From the NCBI RefSeq assembly GCF_009914755.1, contig NC_060933.1: a DNA stretch of 64,000 nt; one strand, given 5' to 3'. How positions within the stretch are numbered: the stretch's first letter is position 1; each line of letters starts with the position of its first letter. Under the pieces are notes generated by a model that searched no databases, was not told where the DNA came from, and was given only the letters and a program-made list of their open reading frames with translations. The translations under genes and the position numbers were made by a program. The DNA is from the human T2T-CHM13v2.0 reference genome, Homo sapiens. This document shows positions 1-14,519 of this stretch, piece by piece.

Positions 1-3000
1 AATGGAAACATCCCGAATGGAATGGAATGTAATGGAGTGTAAGGGAATTGAATAGAATCAATCCGAATGTAATGGAACGGAATGGAATGAAATGGAATGG
101 AATGGAATGGAATGGAATCAACCCGAGTGCAATGGAATGGATTCGAATGGAATGGAATGGAATGGAATGGAATCAACTCGATTGGAATGGAATGGAATGG
201 AATGGAATGGAATGGAATGGAATTAACCCGACTGCAGGGGAATGGAATGGAATGGAATGGAATGGAATGGAATCATCCGGAACGGAATGGACTGGAATGG
301 AATGGAATCAACTCGATTGCAATGGAATGGAATGGAATGGAATTTAATCGAATGGAATGGAATGGAATTAACCGGAATAGAATGGAATGGAATGGAATGG
401 AACGGAATGGAATGGAATGGAATGGAATGGAATGGAATGGAATGGAATCAACCCGAGTGCAGGGGAATGGAATGGAATGGAATGCAATGGAATGGAATCA
501 TCCGGAATGGAATGGAATGGAATGGAATGCAATCAACCTGATGCAATGGAATGGAGTGGAATGGAATGGAATGGAATGGAAAAATCCCGAATGGAATGCA
601 ATGTAATGGAGTGTAAGGGAATTGAATAGAATCAATCCGAATGTAATGGAATGGAATGGAATGAAATGGAATGGAATGGAATGGAATGGAATCAACCCGA
701 GTGCAATGGAATGGATTCGAATGGAATGGAATGGAATGGAATGGATTCAACAAGAATGGAATGGAAAGGAATGGAATCAATCCGAGTGTAATGGCATGGA
801 ATGGAACGGAATGGAATGGGATGGAATGGAATGGTATGGAATAGAATGGAATAGAATGAAATGGAATGGAATGGAATGGAATGGAATGGAATGGAATGAA
901 CCCGTGTGCAATGGAATGGAATGGAATGGAATGGAATGCATTCAACTCGAATGGAATCAACTCGATTGCAATGGAATGGAATGGAATTGAAAGGAATAGA
1001 ATGGAATCAACACGAGTGGAATGGAATGGAAAGGACTGGAATGGAGTGGAATGGAATGGAATGGAATTAACACGAATAGAATGAAATGGAACGGAATGGA
1101 ATGGAATGAAATGGAATGCAATGGAAAGGAATCATCCCGAATGGAATGGAATGGAATGGAATGGAATGGAATGGAACAACCCGAATGGAATCGAATGTAA
1201 TGGAGAGTACGGGAGTTGAATAGAATCAATCCGAATGTAATGGAATGGAATGGAACGGAATGGAATTGAATGGAATGGAATGGAATGCAATGGAATGGAA
1301 TCAACCTGAGTGTAATGGAATGGAGAGGAATGGAATGGAATGGAATGGAAACTACCCGAATGGAATGGAATGTAATGGAGTGTAAGGGAATTGAATAGAA
1401 TCAATCCGAATGGAATGGAGTGGAATGGAACGGAATGGAATGGAATGGAATGGAATGGAATGCAATGGAATGGAATCACCCCGAGTGCAATCGAATGGAA
1501 TCGAATGGAATGGAATGCAATGGAATGGATTCAACTTGAATGGAATGGAAAGAATGGAATCAACACGAGTGGAATGGCATGGATTGGAATGGAATGGAAT
1601 GGAATCAACCCGAGTACAGGGGAATGGAATGGAATGGAATGCAATGGAATGGAATCATCCGTAATGGAATGGAAAGGAATGGAATGGAATGGAATGGAAT
1701 CAACTCGATTGCAATCGAATGGAATGGAATGGAATTAACCCAAATAGAATGGAATGGAATGGAATGGAACGGAACGGAATGGAATCGAATGGAATGGAAT
1801 GGAACGGAACGGAACGGAATGGAATGGAATGGAATGGAATGGAATCAACGCGAGTGCAGGGGAATGGAATGCAATGGAATGGAATCTTCCGGAATGGAAT
1901 GGAATGGAATGGAATGGAAAGAAATGCAATGGATTCAACTCGATTGCAATGGAATGGAATAGAATGGAATGGAATGGAATGGAATGGAATTAACCCGAAT
2001 AGAATGGAATGGAATGCAATGGAACGGAATGGAACGGAATGGAATGGAAGGGAATGGAATGGAATGGTATGGAATGGAATGGAATGGTACGGAATAGAAT
2101 GGAATGGAACGAATTGTAATGGAATGGAATTGAATGGAATGGAATGGAATCAACGCGAGTGCAGGGGAATGTAATGGAACGAAATGCAATGGAATGGAAT
2201 CATCCGGAATGGAATGGAATGGAATGGAATGGAATGGAATGGAATCAACCCGAGTGCAATGGAATGGAGTGGAATGGAATGGAATGGAATGGAACAACAA
2301 GAATGGAATGGAATGTAATGGATAGTAAGGGAGTTGAATAGAATCAATCTGAATGTAATGGAATGCAACGGAATGGAATGGAATGGAATGGAATGGAATG
2401 CAATGGAATGGAATCAACCCGAGTACAATGGAATGGAATGGAATGGAATGGAATGGAATGGAATGGAATGGAATGGAATGGAATCAATCCGACTGCAGGG
2501 GAATGGAATGGAATGGAATGGAATGGAATGGAATGGAATCATCCGGAACGGAATGGACTGGAATGGAATGGAATCAACTCGATTGCAATGGAATGGAATG
2601 GAATGGAATTTAATCGAATGGAATGGAATGGAATTAACCGGAATAGAATGGAATGGAATGGAATGGAACGGAATGGAATGGAATGGAATGGAATCAACCC
2701 GAGTGCAGGGGAATGGAATGGAATGGAATGCAATGGAATGGAATCATCCGGAATGGAATGGAATGGAATGGAATGCAATCAACCTGATGCAATGGAATGG
2801 AGTGGAATGGAATGGAATGGAATGGAAACATCCCGAATGGAATGGAATGTAATGGAGTGTAAGGGAATTGAATAGAATCAATCCGAATGTAATGGAATGG
2901 AATGGAATGAAAAGGAATGGAATGGAATGGAATGGAATCAACCCGAGTGCAATGGAATGGATTCGAATGGAATGGAATGGAATGGAATGGAATCAACTCG

Positions 3001-4050
3001 ATTGGAATGGAATGGAATGGAATGGAATGGAATGGAATGGAATTAACCCGAATAGAATGGAATGGAATGGAATTGAACGGAATGGAATGGAATGGAATGG
3101 AATGGAATGGAATGGAATGGAATCAACCCGACTGCAGGGGAATGGAATGGAATGGAATGGAATGGAATCATCCGGAACGGAATGGACTGGAAAGGAATGG
3201 AATCAAATCGATTGCAATGGAATGGAATGGAATGGAATTTAATCGAATGGAATGGAATGGAATTAACCGGAATAGAATGGAATGGAATGGAATGGAACGG
3301 AATGGAATGGAATGGAATGGAATGGAATGGAATGGAATGGAATCATCCCGAGTGCAGGGGAATGGAATGGAATGGAATGCAATGGAATGGAATCATCCGG
3401 AATGGAATGGAATGGAATGGAATGCAATCAACCTGATGCAATGGAATGGAGTGGAATGGAATGGAATGGAATGGAATGGAAACATCCCGAATGGAATGGA
3501 ATGTAATGGAGTGTAAGGGAATTGAATAGAATCAATCCGAATGTAATGGAATGGAATGGAATGAAATGGAATGGAATGGAATGGAATGGAATCAACCCGA
3601 GTGCAATGGAATGGATTCGAATGGAAAGGAATGGAATGGAATGGATTCAACAAGAATGGAATGGAAGGGAATGGAATCAACCCGAGTGTAATGGCATGGA
3701 ATGGAACGGAATGGAATGGAATGTAATGGAATGGTATGGAATAGAATGGAATAGAATGAAATGGAATGGAATGGAATGGAATGGAATGGAATGGAATGGA
3801 ATGGAATGAACCCGTGTGCAATGGAATGGAATGGAATGGAATGGAATGGATTCAACTCGAATGGAATCAACTCGATTGCAATGGAATGGAATGGAATTGA
3901 AAGGAATAGAATGGAATCAACACGAGTGGAATGGAATGGAAAGGACTGGAATGGAGTGGAATGGAATGGAATGGAATTAACACGAATAGAATGAAATGGA
4001 ACGGAATGGAATGGAATGTAATGGAATGCAATGGAAAGGAATCATCCGGA
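1..4050 (+). repeat. Higher-order direct duplication, ~2.8-2.9 kb offset (1-~1130 vs ~2821-4050)
   Basis: aatggaaacatcccgaatgg at 1 and 2821. Rare words GGACTGG...TTTAATCG, CAATCAACCTGATGC, GGATTCAACAAGAAT and GAACCCGTGTGC recur in the same order in both copies. Confidence 0.8.
1881..1895 (+). promoter_or_regulatory. Perfect heat-shock-element-like triplet GGAAT-CTTCC-GGAAT (representative of many copies)
   Basis: Matches the nGAAn-nTTCn-nGAAn consensus exactly. Further copies at 9651, 17831, 26421 and, inverted, at 31176, 33056, 39646, 46326 among others. Function is inferred from the motif only. Confidence 0.5.
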
Positions 4051-7000
4051 ATGGAATTGAATGGAATGGAATGGAATGGAATGGAATGGAATCAACTCGA
4101 TTTCAATGGAATGGAATGGAATAGAATGGAATGGAATTAACACGAATAGAATGGAATGGAATGGAATTGAATGGAACAGAAAGGAATGGAATGGAATGGA
4201 ATGGAATCAACCCAAGTGCAGGGGAATGGAAAAGAATGGAATTCAATGGAATGGAATCATCCGGAATGGAATGGAATAGAATGGAATGGAATGGAATCAA
4301 CGCGAGTGCAGGGGAATGGAATGGAATGGAATGCAATGGAATGGAATCTTCCGGAATGGAATGGAATGGAATGGAATGGAATGAAATGCAATGGATTCAA
4401 CTCGATTGCAATGGAATGGAATAGAATGGAATGGAATGGAATGGAATGGAATTAATTCGAATAGAATGGAATGGAATGGAATGGAACGGAATGGAACGGA
4501 ATGGAATGGAATGGAATGGAATGGAATGGTATGGAATGGAATGGAATGGTACGGAATAGAATGGAATGGAACGAATTGTAATGGAATGGAATTGAATGGA
4601 ATGGAATGGAATGGAATGGAATGGAATGGAATCAACGCGAGTGCAGGGGAATGTAATGGAACGGAAGGCAATGGAATGGAATCATCCAGAACGGAATGGA
4701 ATGGAATGGAATGGAATGGAATCAACCCGAGTGCAATGGAATGGTGTGGAATGGAATGGAATGGAATGGAACAACCCGAATGGAATGGAATGTAATGGAG
4801 AGTAAGGGAGTTGAATAGAATCAATCCGAATGTAATGGAATGGAAAGCAACGGAATGGAATGGAACGGAATGGAATGGAATGGAATGGAATGCAATGGAA
4901 TTGAATCAACCCGAGTACAATGGAATGGAATGGAACGGAATGGAATGGAATGGAATGGAATGGAATGAAATGATACGGAATAGAATGGAATGGAACGAAA
5001 TGAATGGAATGGAATGGAATGGAATGGAATGGAATGGAATGGAATCGTTCCGAGTGGAATAGGAGGGAATGTATTCGAGTGGAATGGAAAGGAATGGAAT
5101 CAGCCAGAGTGGAATGGAAGGGAATGGAATGGAATGGAAACTAATAGAATGGAATCAACCCGAGAGGAATGGAATGGAAAGGACTGGAATGGAATGGAGT
5201 GGAATGGAATCAACTCGATTGTAATGGAATGGAATGGAATGGAATGGAATGGAATGGAATGGAATTAACCTGAATACAATGCAATGGAATGGAATGGAAC
5301 GGAATGGAGTGGAATGGAATGGAATCTACCCGAGTGCAGGGGAATGGAATGGAATGGAATGCAATGGAATGGAATCATCCGGAATGGAATGGAATGGAAT
5401 GGAATGCAAAGCAATGGAATCAACTCGATTGCAATGGAATGGAATGGAATGGAAAGGAATACATTGGGATCAACCCGAGTGGAATGGAATGGAAAGGACT
5501 GGAATGGAGTGGAATGCAATGGAATGGAATGGAATGGAATCAACTCGATTGGAATAGAATGGAATGGAATGGAATGGAATGGAATTAACCCGAATAGAAT
5601 GGAATGGAATGGAATGGAACGGAATGGAATGGAATGGAATGGATTGGAATGGAATGGAATGGAAACAACCCGACTGCAGGGGAATGGAGTGGAATGGAAT
5701 GCAATGGAATGGATTCAACTTGAATGGAATGGAAAGAATGGAATCAACACGAGTGGAATGGCAGGAATTGGAATGGAATGGAATGGAATCAACCCGAGTA
5801 CAGGGCAATGGAATGGAATGGAATGCAATGGAATGGAATCATCCGTAATGGAATGGAAAGGAATGGAATGGAATGGAATGGAATGGAATGGAATGGAATC
5901 AACTCGATTGCAATCGAATGGAATGGAATGGAATTAACCCGAATAGAATGGAATGGAATGGAATGGAACGGAACGGAACGGAACGGAACGGAATGGAATG
6001 GAATGGAATGGAATGGAACGGAAAGGAATGGAATGGAATGGAATGGAAAGGAATAGAATGGAATCAACGCGAGTGCAGGGGAAAGGAATGGAATGGAATG
6101 CAATGGAATGGAATCTTCCGGAATGGAATGGAATGGAATGGAATGGAATAAACCCGAGTGCAATGGAATGGAGTGGAATGGAATGGAATGGAATGGAACA
6201 ACCCGAATGGAATGGAATGTAATGGAGAGTAAGGGAGTTGAATAGAATCAATCCGAATGTAATGGAATGGAATGGAACGGAATGGAATTGAATGGAATGG
6301 AATGGAATGCAATGCAATGGAATCAACCCGAGTGCAATGGAATGGAGAGGAATGGAATGGAATGGAGTGGAAACTACCCGAATGGAATGAAATGCAATGG
6401 AATGGAATCAACCCGAGTGCAATGGAATGGAGAGAAATGGAATGGAATGGAGTGGAAACTACCCGAATGGAATGGAATCTAATGGAGTGTAAGGGAATTG
6501 AATAGAATCAATCCGAATGTAATGGAAAGGAATGGAACGGAATGGAATGGAATGGAATGGAATGGAATGGAATGGAATGGAAAGGAATGCAAAGGAATGG
6601 AATCAACCCGAGTGCAATCGAATGGAATCGAATGGAATGAAATGCAATGGAATGGAATCAACTCGATTGCAATCGAATGGAATGGAATGGAATTAACCCG
6701 AATAGAATGGAATGGAATGGAATGGAAAGGAACGGAATGGAATGGAATGGAATGGAATGGAATGGAATGGAACGGAACGGAATGGAATGGAATGGAATGG
6801 AATGGAATCAACGCGAGTGCAGGGGAATGGAATGGAATGGAATGCAATGGAATGGAATCTTCCGGAATGGAATGGAATGGAATGGAATGGAATGAAATGC
6901 AATGGATTCAACCCGATTGCAATGGAATGGAATAGAATGGAATGGAATGGAACGGAATGGAATGAACCCGAATAGAATGGAATGGAATGTAATGGAACGG

Positions 7001-10000
7001 AATGGAACGGAATGGAATGGAATGGAATGGAATGCAATGGTATGGAATGGAATGGAATGGTACGGAATAGAATGGAATGTAACGAATTGTAATGGAATGG
7101 AATTGAATGGAATGGAATGGAATCAACGCGAATGCAGGGGAATGTAATGGAACGGAATGCAATGGAATGGAATCATCCGGAATGGAATGGAATGGAATGG
7201 AATGGAATGGAATGGAATGGAATGGAATCAACCCGAGTGCAATGGAATGGAGTGGAATGGAATGGAATGGAATGGAACAACCCGAATGGAATGGAATGTA
7301 ATGGAATGTAAGGGAGTTGAATAGAATCAATCCGAATGTAATGGAATGGAATGCAACGGAATGGAATGGAATGGAATGCAATGGAATGCAATCAACACGA
7401 GTACAATGTAATGTAATGGAATGGAATGGAATGGAATGGAATGGAATGGAATGGAATGGAATGCCTTCAAACCGAATGGAATGGAAAGGAATGGAATCAA
7501 CACGAGTGGAATGGAATGGAATGGAATGGAATGGAATGGAATGGAATGATACGGAATAGAATGGAATGGAACGAAATGGAATGGAATGGAATGGAATGGA
7601 ATGGAATCGTTCCGAGTGGAATAGGAGGGAATGTATTCGAGTGGAATGGAAAGGAATGGAATCAACCAGAGTGGAATGGAAGGGAATGGAATGGAATGGA
7701 AACTAATAGAATGGAATCAACCCGATTGGAATGCAATGGAAAGGACTGGAATGGAATGGAATGGAATGGAATCAACTCCATTGTAATGGAATGGAATGGA
7801 ATGGAATGGAATGGAATGGAATGGAATTAACCCGAATACAATGGAATGGAATGGAAAGGAAGGGAATGGAGTGGAATGGAATGGAATCAACCCGAGTGCA
7901 GGGGAATGGAATGGAATGGAATGCAATGGAATGGAATCATCCAGAATGGAATGGAATGGAATGGAATGCAAAGCAATGGAATCAACTCGATTGCAATGGA
8001 ATGGAAGGGAATGGAAAGGAATACATTGGAATCAACCCGAGTGGAATGGAATGGATAGGACTAGAATGGAGTGGAATGGAATGGAATGGAATGGAAAGGA
8101 ATGCAATGGAATGGAATCAACCCGAGTGCAATCGAATGGAATCGAATGGAATGAAATGCAATGGAATGGAATCAACTCGATTGCAATCGAATGGAATGGA
8201 ATGGAATTAACCCGAATAGAATGGAATGGAATGGAATGGAACGGAACGGAATGGAATGGAATGGAATGGAATGGAATGGAACGGAAAGGAACGGAATGGA
8301 ATGGAATGGAATGGAATGGAATGGAATGGAATGGAATCAACGCGAGTGCAGGGGAATGGAATGGAATGGAATGCAATGGAATGGAATCTTCCGGAATGGA
8401 ATGGAATGGAATGGAATGGAATGAAATGCAATGGATTCAACTCGATTGCAATGGAATGGAATAGAATGGAATGGAATGGAATGGAATGGAATTAACCCGA
8501 ATAGAATGGAATGGAATGGAACGGAATGGAACGGAATGGAACGGAATGGAATGGAATGGAATGGAATGGAATGGAATGGAATGGAATGGTATGGAATGGA
8601 ATAGAATGGTACGGAATAGAATGGAATGGAACGAATTGTAATGGAATGGAATTGAATGGAATGGAATGGAATGGAATGGAATCAACGCGAGTGCAGGGGA
8701 ATGTAATGGAACGGAGTGCAATGGAATGGAATCATCCGGAATGGAATGGAATGGAATGGAATGGAATGGAATGGAATGGATTGCAAAGGAATGGAATCAA
8801 CCCGAGTGGAATGGCATGGAATGGAATGCAATGGAATGGAATGGAATGGAATCAACTCGAGTGGAAAGGAATGGAATGGAATGGAAAGGAATGGAATGAA
8901 GTCAACTCGAGTGGAATGGAATGGAATGGAATGGATTGGAATGGATTGCAATGGAATATAATGGAATGGAATGGAATGGAATCAATCATTCCGAGTGGAA
9001 TGGAAGGGAATGTAATGGAGTGGAAAGAAGGGAATGGAATCAACCCGAGTGGAATGCAAGGCAATGGAATGGATTGGAAAGGAATGGAATGGAATCAACT
9101 CGATTGCAATGGAATGGAATGGAATGGAATGGAATGGAATGGAATGGAATGGAATTAACCGGAATAGAATGGAATGGAATGGAATGGAACGGAATGGAAT
9201 GGAATGGAAGGGAATGGAATCAACACGAGTGCAGGGGAGTGGAATGGAATGGAATGCAATGGAATGGAATCATCCGGAATGGAATGGAATGGAATGGAAT
9301 CAACTCCATTGCAATGGAATGGAATGGAATGGAATGGAATAGAATGGAATGGAATTAACCCGAATAGAATGGAATGCAATAGAATGGAATGCAACGGAAC
9401 CGAATGGAGTGAAATGGAATGGAATGGAATCAACCCGAGTACAGGGGAATGGAATGGAATGGAATGCAATGGAATGGAGTCATCCGTAATGGAATGGAAA
9501 GGAATGGAATGGAATGGAATGGAATGGAACGGAACGGAATGGAATGGAACGGAATGGAATGGAATGGAGCGGAACGGAATGGAATGGAATGGAATGGAAT
9601 GGAATCAACGCGAGTGCAGGGGAATGGAATGGAATGGAATGCAATCGAATGGAATCTTCCGGAATGGAATGCAATGGAACGGAATGGAATGAAAGGCAAT
9701 GGATTCAACTCGATTGCAATGGAATGGAATAGAATGGAATGGAATGGAATGGAATGGAATGGAATTGAATGGAATGGAATACTTTCAAACCGAATGGAAT
9801 GGAAAGGAATGGAATCAACACGAGTGGAAAGGAATGGAATGGAAAGGAATGGAATGGAATGGAATGGTACGGAATAGAATGGAATGGAACGAACTGGAAT
9901 GGAATGGAATGGAATGGAATGGAATGGAATGGAATGGAATCGTGCCGAGTGGAATAGGATGGAATGTATTCGAGTGGAATGGAAAGGAATGGAATCAACC

Positions 10001-13000
10001 AGAGTGGAATGGAAGGGAATGGAATGGAATGGAATCTAATAGAATGGAATCAACCCGAGTGGAATGGAATGGAAAGGACTGGAATGGAATGGAATGGAAT
10101 GGAATGGAATGGAATCAACTCGATTGTAATGGAATGGAATGGAACGGAATGGAATGGAATGGAATTAACCCGAATACAATGGAATGGAATGGAATGGAAC
10201 GGAATGGAGTGGAATGGAATGGAATCAACCCGAGTGCAGGGGAATGGAATGGAATGGAATGCAATGGAATGGAATCATCCGGAATGGAATAGAATGGAAT
10301 GGAATGCAAAGCAATGGAATCAACTCGATTGCAATGGAATGGAATGGAATGGAAAGGAATAGAATGGAATCAACCCGAGTGTAATGGAATGGAAAGGACT
10401 GGAATGGAGTGGAATGGAATGGAATGGAAAGGAATGGAATCAACTCGATTGTAATGGAATGGAATGGAATGGAATGGAATTAACCGGAATAGAATGGAAT
10501 GGAATGGAATGGAAAGGAACGGAATGGAATGGAATGGAATGGAATGGAATGGAATCAACCCGACTGCAGGGGAATGGAATGGAATGGAATGGAATGGAAT
10601 GGAATGGAATCATCCGGAACGGAATGGAATGGAATGGAATGGAATCAACTCGATTGCAATGGAATGCAATGGAATGGAATGGAATCGAATGGAATGGAGT
10701 GGAATTAACAGGAATAGAATGGAATGGAATGGAATTGAACGGAATGAAATGGAAGGGAATGGAATGGAATGGAATGGAATCAACCCGAGTGCAGGGGAAT
10801 GGAATGGAGTGGAATGCAATGGAATGGAATCAACCCGAGTGCAATGGAATGGAGAGGAATGGAATGGAATGGAATGGAAACTACCCGAATGGAATGGAAT
10901 GTAATGGAGTGTAAGGGAATTGAATAGAATCAATCCGAATGTAATGGAATGGAATATAACGGAATGGAATGGAATGGAGTGGAATGGAATGGAATGGAAT
11001 GGAATGCAATGGAATGGAATCAACCCGAGTGCAATCGAATGGAATCGAATGGAATGGAATGCAATGGAATGGATTCAACTTGAATGGAATGGAAAGAATG
11101 GAATCAACACGAGTGGAATGGCATGGATTGGAATGGAATGGAATGGAATCAACCCGAGTACAGGGGAATGGAATGGAATGGAATGCAATGGAATGGAATC
11201 ATCCGTAATGGAATGGAAAGGAATGGAATGGAATGGAATGGAATGGAATGGAATGGAATGGAATCAACTCGATTGCAATCGAATGGAATGGAATGGAATT
11301 AACCCGAATAGAATGGAATGGAATGGAATGGAACGGAACGGAATGGAATGGAATGGAATGCCATGGAATGGAACGGAAAGGAAGGGAATGGAATGGAATA
11401 GAATGGAATGGAATGGAATCAACGCGAGTGCAGGGGAATGGAATGGAATGGAATGCAATGGAATGGAATCTTCCGGAATGGAATGGAATGGAATGGAATG
11501 GAATGGAATGGAATGGAATCAACCCTAGTGCAATGGAATGGATTGTAATGGAATGGAATGGAATGGAACAACCCGAATGGAATGGAATGTAATGGAGAGT
11601 AAGGGAGTTGAATAGAATCAATCCGAATGTAATGGAATGGAATGGAACGGAATGGAATTGAAAGGAATGGAATGGAATGCAATGGAATGGAATCAACCCG
11701 AGTGCAATGGAATGGAGAGGAATGGAATGGAATGGAATGGAAACTACCCGAATGGAATGGAATGTAATGGAGTGTAAGGGAATTGAATAGAATCAATCCG
11801 AATGTAATGGAATGGAATGGAACGGAATGGAATGGAATGGAATGGAATGGAATGGAATGGAATGGAATGCAATGGAATGGAATCAACCCGAGTGCAATCG
11901 AATGGAATCGAATGGAATGGAATGCAATGGAATGGATTCAACTTGAATGGAATGGAAAGAATGGAATCAACACGAGTGGAATGGCATGGATTGGAATGCA
12001 ATGGAATGGAATCAACCCGAGTACAGGGGAATGGAATGGAATGGAATGCAATGGAATGGAATCATCCGTAATGGAATGGAAAGGAATGGAATTGAATGGA
12101 ATGGAATGGAATGGAATGGAATGGAAAGGAATGGAGTCAACTCGATTGCAATCGAATGGAATGGAATGGAATTAACCCGAATAGAATGGAATGGAATGGA
12201 ATGGAACGGAACGGAATAGAATGGAATGGAATGGAACGGAACGGAATGGAACGGAATGGAATGGAATGGAATCAACGCGAGTGCAGGGGAATGGAATGGA
12301 ATGGAATGCAATGGAATGGAAACTTCCGGAATGGAATGGAATGGAATGAAATGCAATGGATTCAACTCGATTGCAATGGAATGGAATAGAATGGAATGGA
12401 ATGGAATGGAATGGAATGGAATTAATCCGAATAGAATGGAATGGAATGGAATGGAACGGAATGGAACGGAATGGAATGGAATGGAATGGAATGGAATGGA
12501 ATGGAATGGTATGGAATGGAATGGAATGGTACGGAATAGAATGGAATGGAACGAAATGTAATGGAATGGAATTGAATGGAATGGAATGGAATGGAATGGA
12601 ATCAACGCGAGTGCAGGGGAATGTTATGGAACGGAATGCAATGGAATGGAATCATCCGGAATGGAATGGAATGGAATGGAATGGAATGGAATCAACACGA
12701 GTGCAATGGAATGGAGTGGAATGGAATGGAATGGAATGGAACAACCCGAATGGAATGGAATGTAATGGAGAGTAAGGGAGTTGAATAGAATCAATCCGAA
12801 TGTAATGGAATGGAATGCAACGGAATGGAATGTAATGGAATGGAATGGAATGCAATGGAATGGAATCAACCCGAGTACAATGGAATGGAATGGAATGGAA
12901 TGGAATGGAATGGAATGATACGGAATAGAATGGAATGGAACGAAATGGAATGGAATGGAATGGAATGGAATGGAATGGAATGGAATGGAATGGAATGGAA

Positions 13001-14484
13001 TGGAATCGTTCCGAGTGGAATAGGAGGGAATGTATTCGAGTGGAATGGAAAGGAATGGAATCAACCAGAGTGGAATGGAAGGGAATGGAATGGAATGGAA
13101 ACTAATAGAATGGAATCAACCCGAGTGGAATAGAATGGAAAGGACTCGAATGGAATGGAATGGAATGGAATCAACTCGTTTGTAATGGAATGGAATGGAA
13201 TGGAATGGAATGGAATGGAAGTAACCCGAATACAATGGAAGAGAATGGAATGGAATGGAAACTAATAGAATGGAATCAACCCGAGTGGAATGGAATGGAA
13301 AGGACTGGAATGGAATGGAATGGAATGGAATCAACTCGATTGTAATGGAATGGAATGGAATGGAATGGAATGGAATGGAATGGAATGGAAGTAACCCGAA
13401 TACAATGGAATGGAATGGAATGGAATGGAATGGAGTGGAATGGAATGGAATCAACCCGAGTGCAGGGGAATGGAATGGAATGGAATGCAATGGAATGGAA
13501 ACATCCGGAATGGAATGGAATGGAATGGAATGCAAAACAATGGAATCATCTCGATTACAATGGAATGGAATGGAATAGAATGGAATGGAATTAACACGAA
13601 TAGAATGGAATGGAATGGAATTGAATGGAAAAGAAAGGAATGGAATGGAATGGAATGGAATCAACCCAAGTGCAGGGGAATGGAATGGAATGGAATTCAA
13701 TGGAATGGAATCATCCGGAATGGAATGGAATGTAATGGAATGGAATGGAATGGAATGGAATGGAATCAACCCGAGTGCAATGGAATGGAGAGGAATGGAA
13801 TGGAATGGAATGGAAACTACACGAATCGAATGGATTGTAATGGAGTGTAAGGGAATTGAATAGAATGAATCCGAATGGAATGGAATGGAAAGGAATGGAA
13901 TGGAATGGAATGGAATGGAACGGAGCGGAACGGAACGGAACGGAATGGAATGGAATGGAATGGAATGGAATGGAATGGAATGCAATGGAATCAACTGATT
14001 GCAATGGAATGGAATGGAATGGAATGGAATGGAATGGAATGGAATGGAATTAACCCGAATAGAATGGAATGGAATTAAATGGAACGGAACGGAATGGAAT
14101 GGAATGGAATGGAATGGAATGGAATGGAATGGAATGGAATGGAATCAACCCGACTGCAGGGGAATGGAAAGGAATGGAATGCAATGGAATGGATTCAACT
14201 TGAATGGAATGGAAAGAATGGAATCAACACGAGTGGAATGGCATGGATTGGAATGGAATGGAATGGAATCAACCCGAGTACAGGGGAATGGAATGGAATG
14301 GAATGCAATGGAATGGAATCATCCGTAATGGAATGGAAAGGAATGGAATGGAATGGAATGGAATGGAATGGAATGGAATGGAATCAACTCGATTGCAATC
14401 GAATGGAATGGAATGGAATTAACCCAAATAGAATGGAATGGAATGGAATGGAACGGAACGGAATGGAATGGAATGGAATGGAAT

Positions 14485-14519
14485 GGAACGGAACGGAACG
14501 GAACGGAACGGAACGGAAC
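14485..14519 (+). repeat. (GGAAC)7 variant microsatellite within the array
   Basis: Seven consecutive GGAAC units read directly; shorter runs occur at ~5965-5989 and ~57596-57615 (as GTTCC). Confidence 0.85.

Noticed and set aside
237-240. Recurrent GGGG in GCAGGGGAAT as possible G-quadruplex motifs
   Set aside because: The G4 runs are isolated and hundreds of bases apart, with no cluster of four G3+ tracts.
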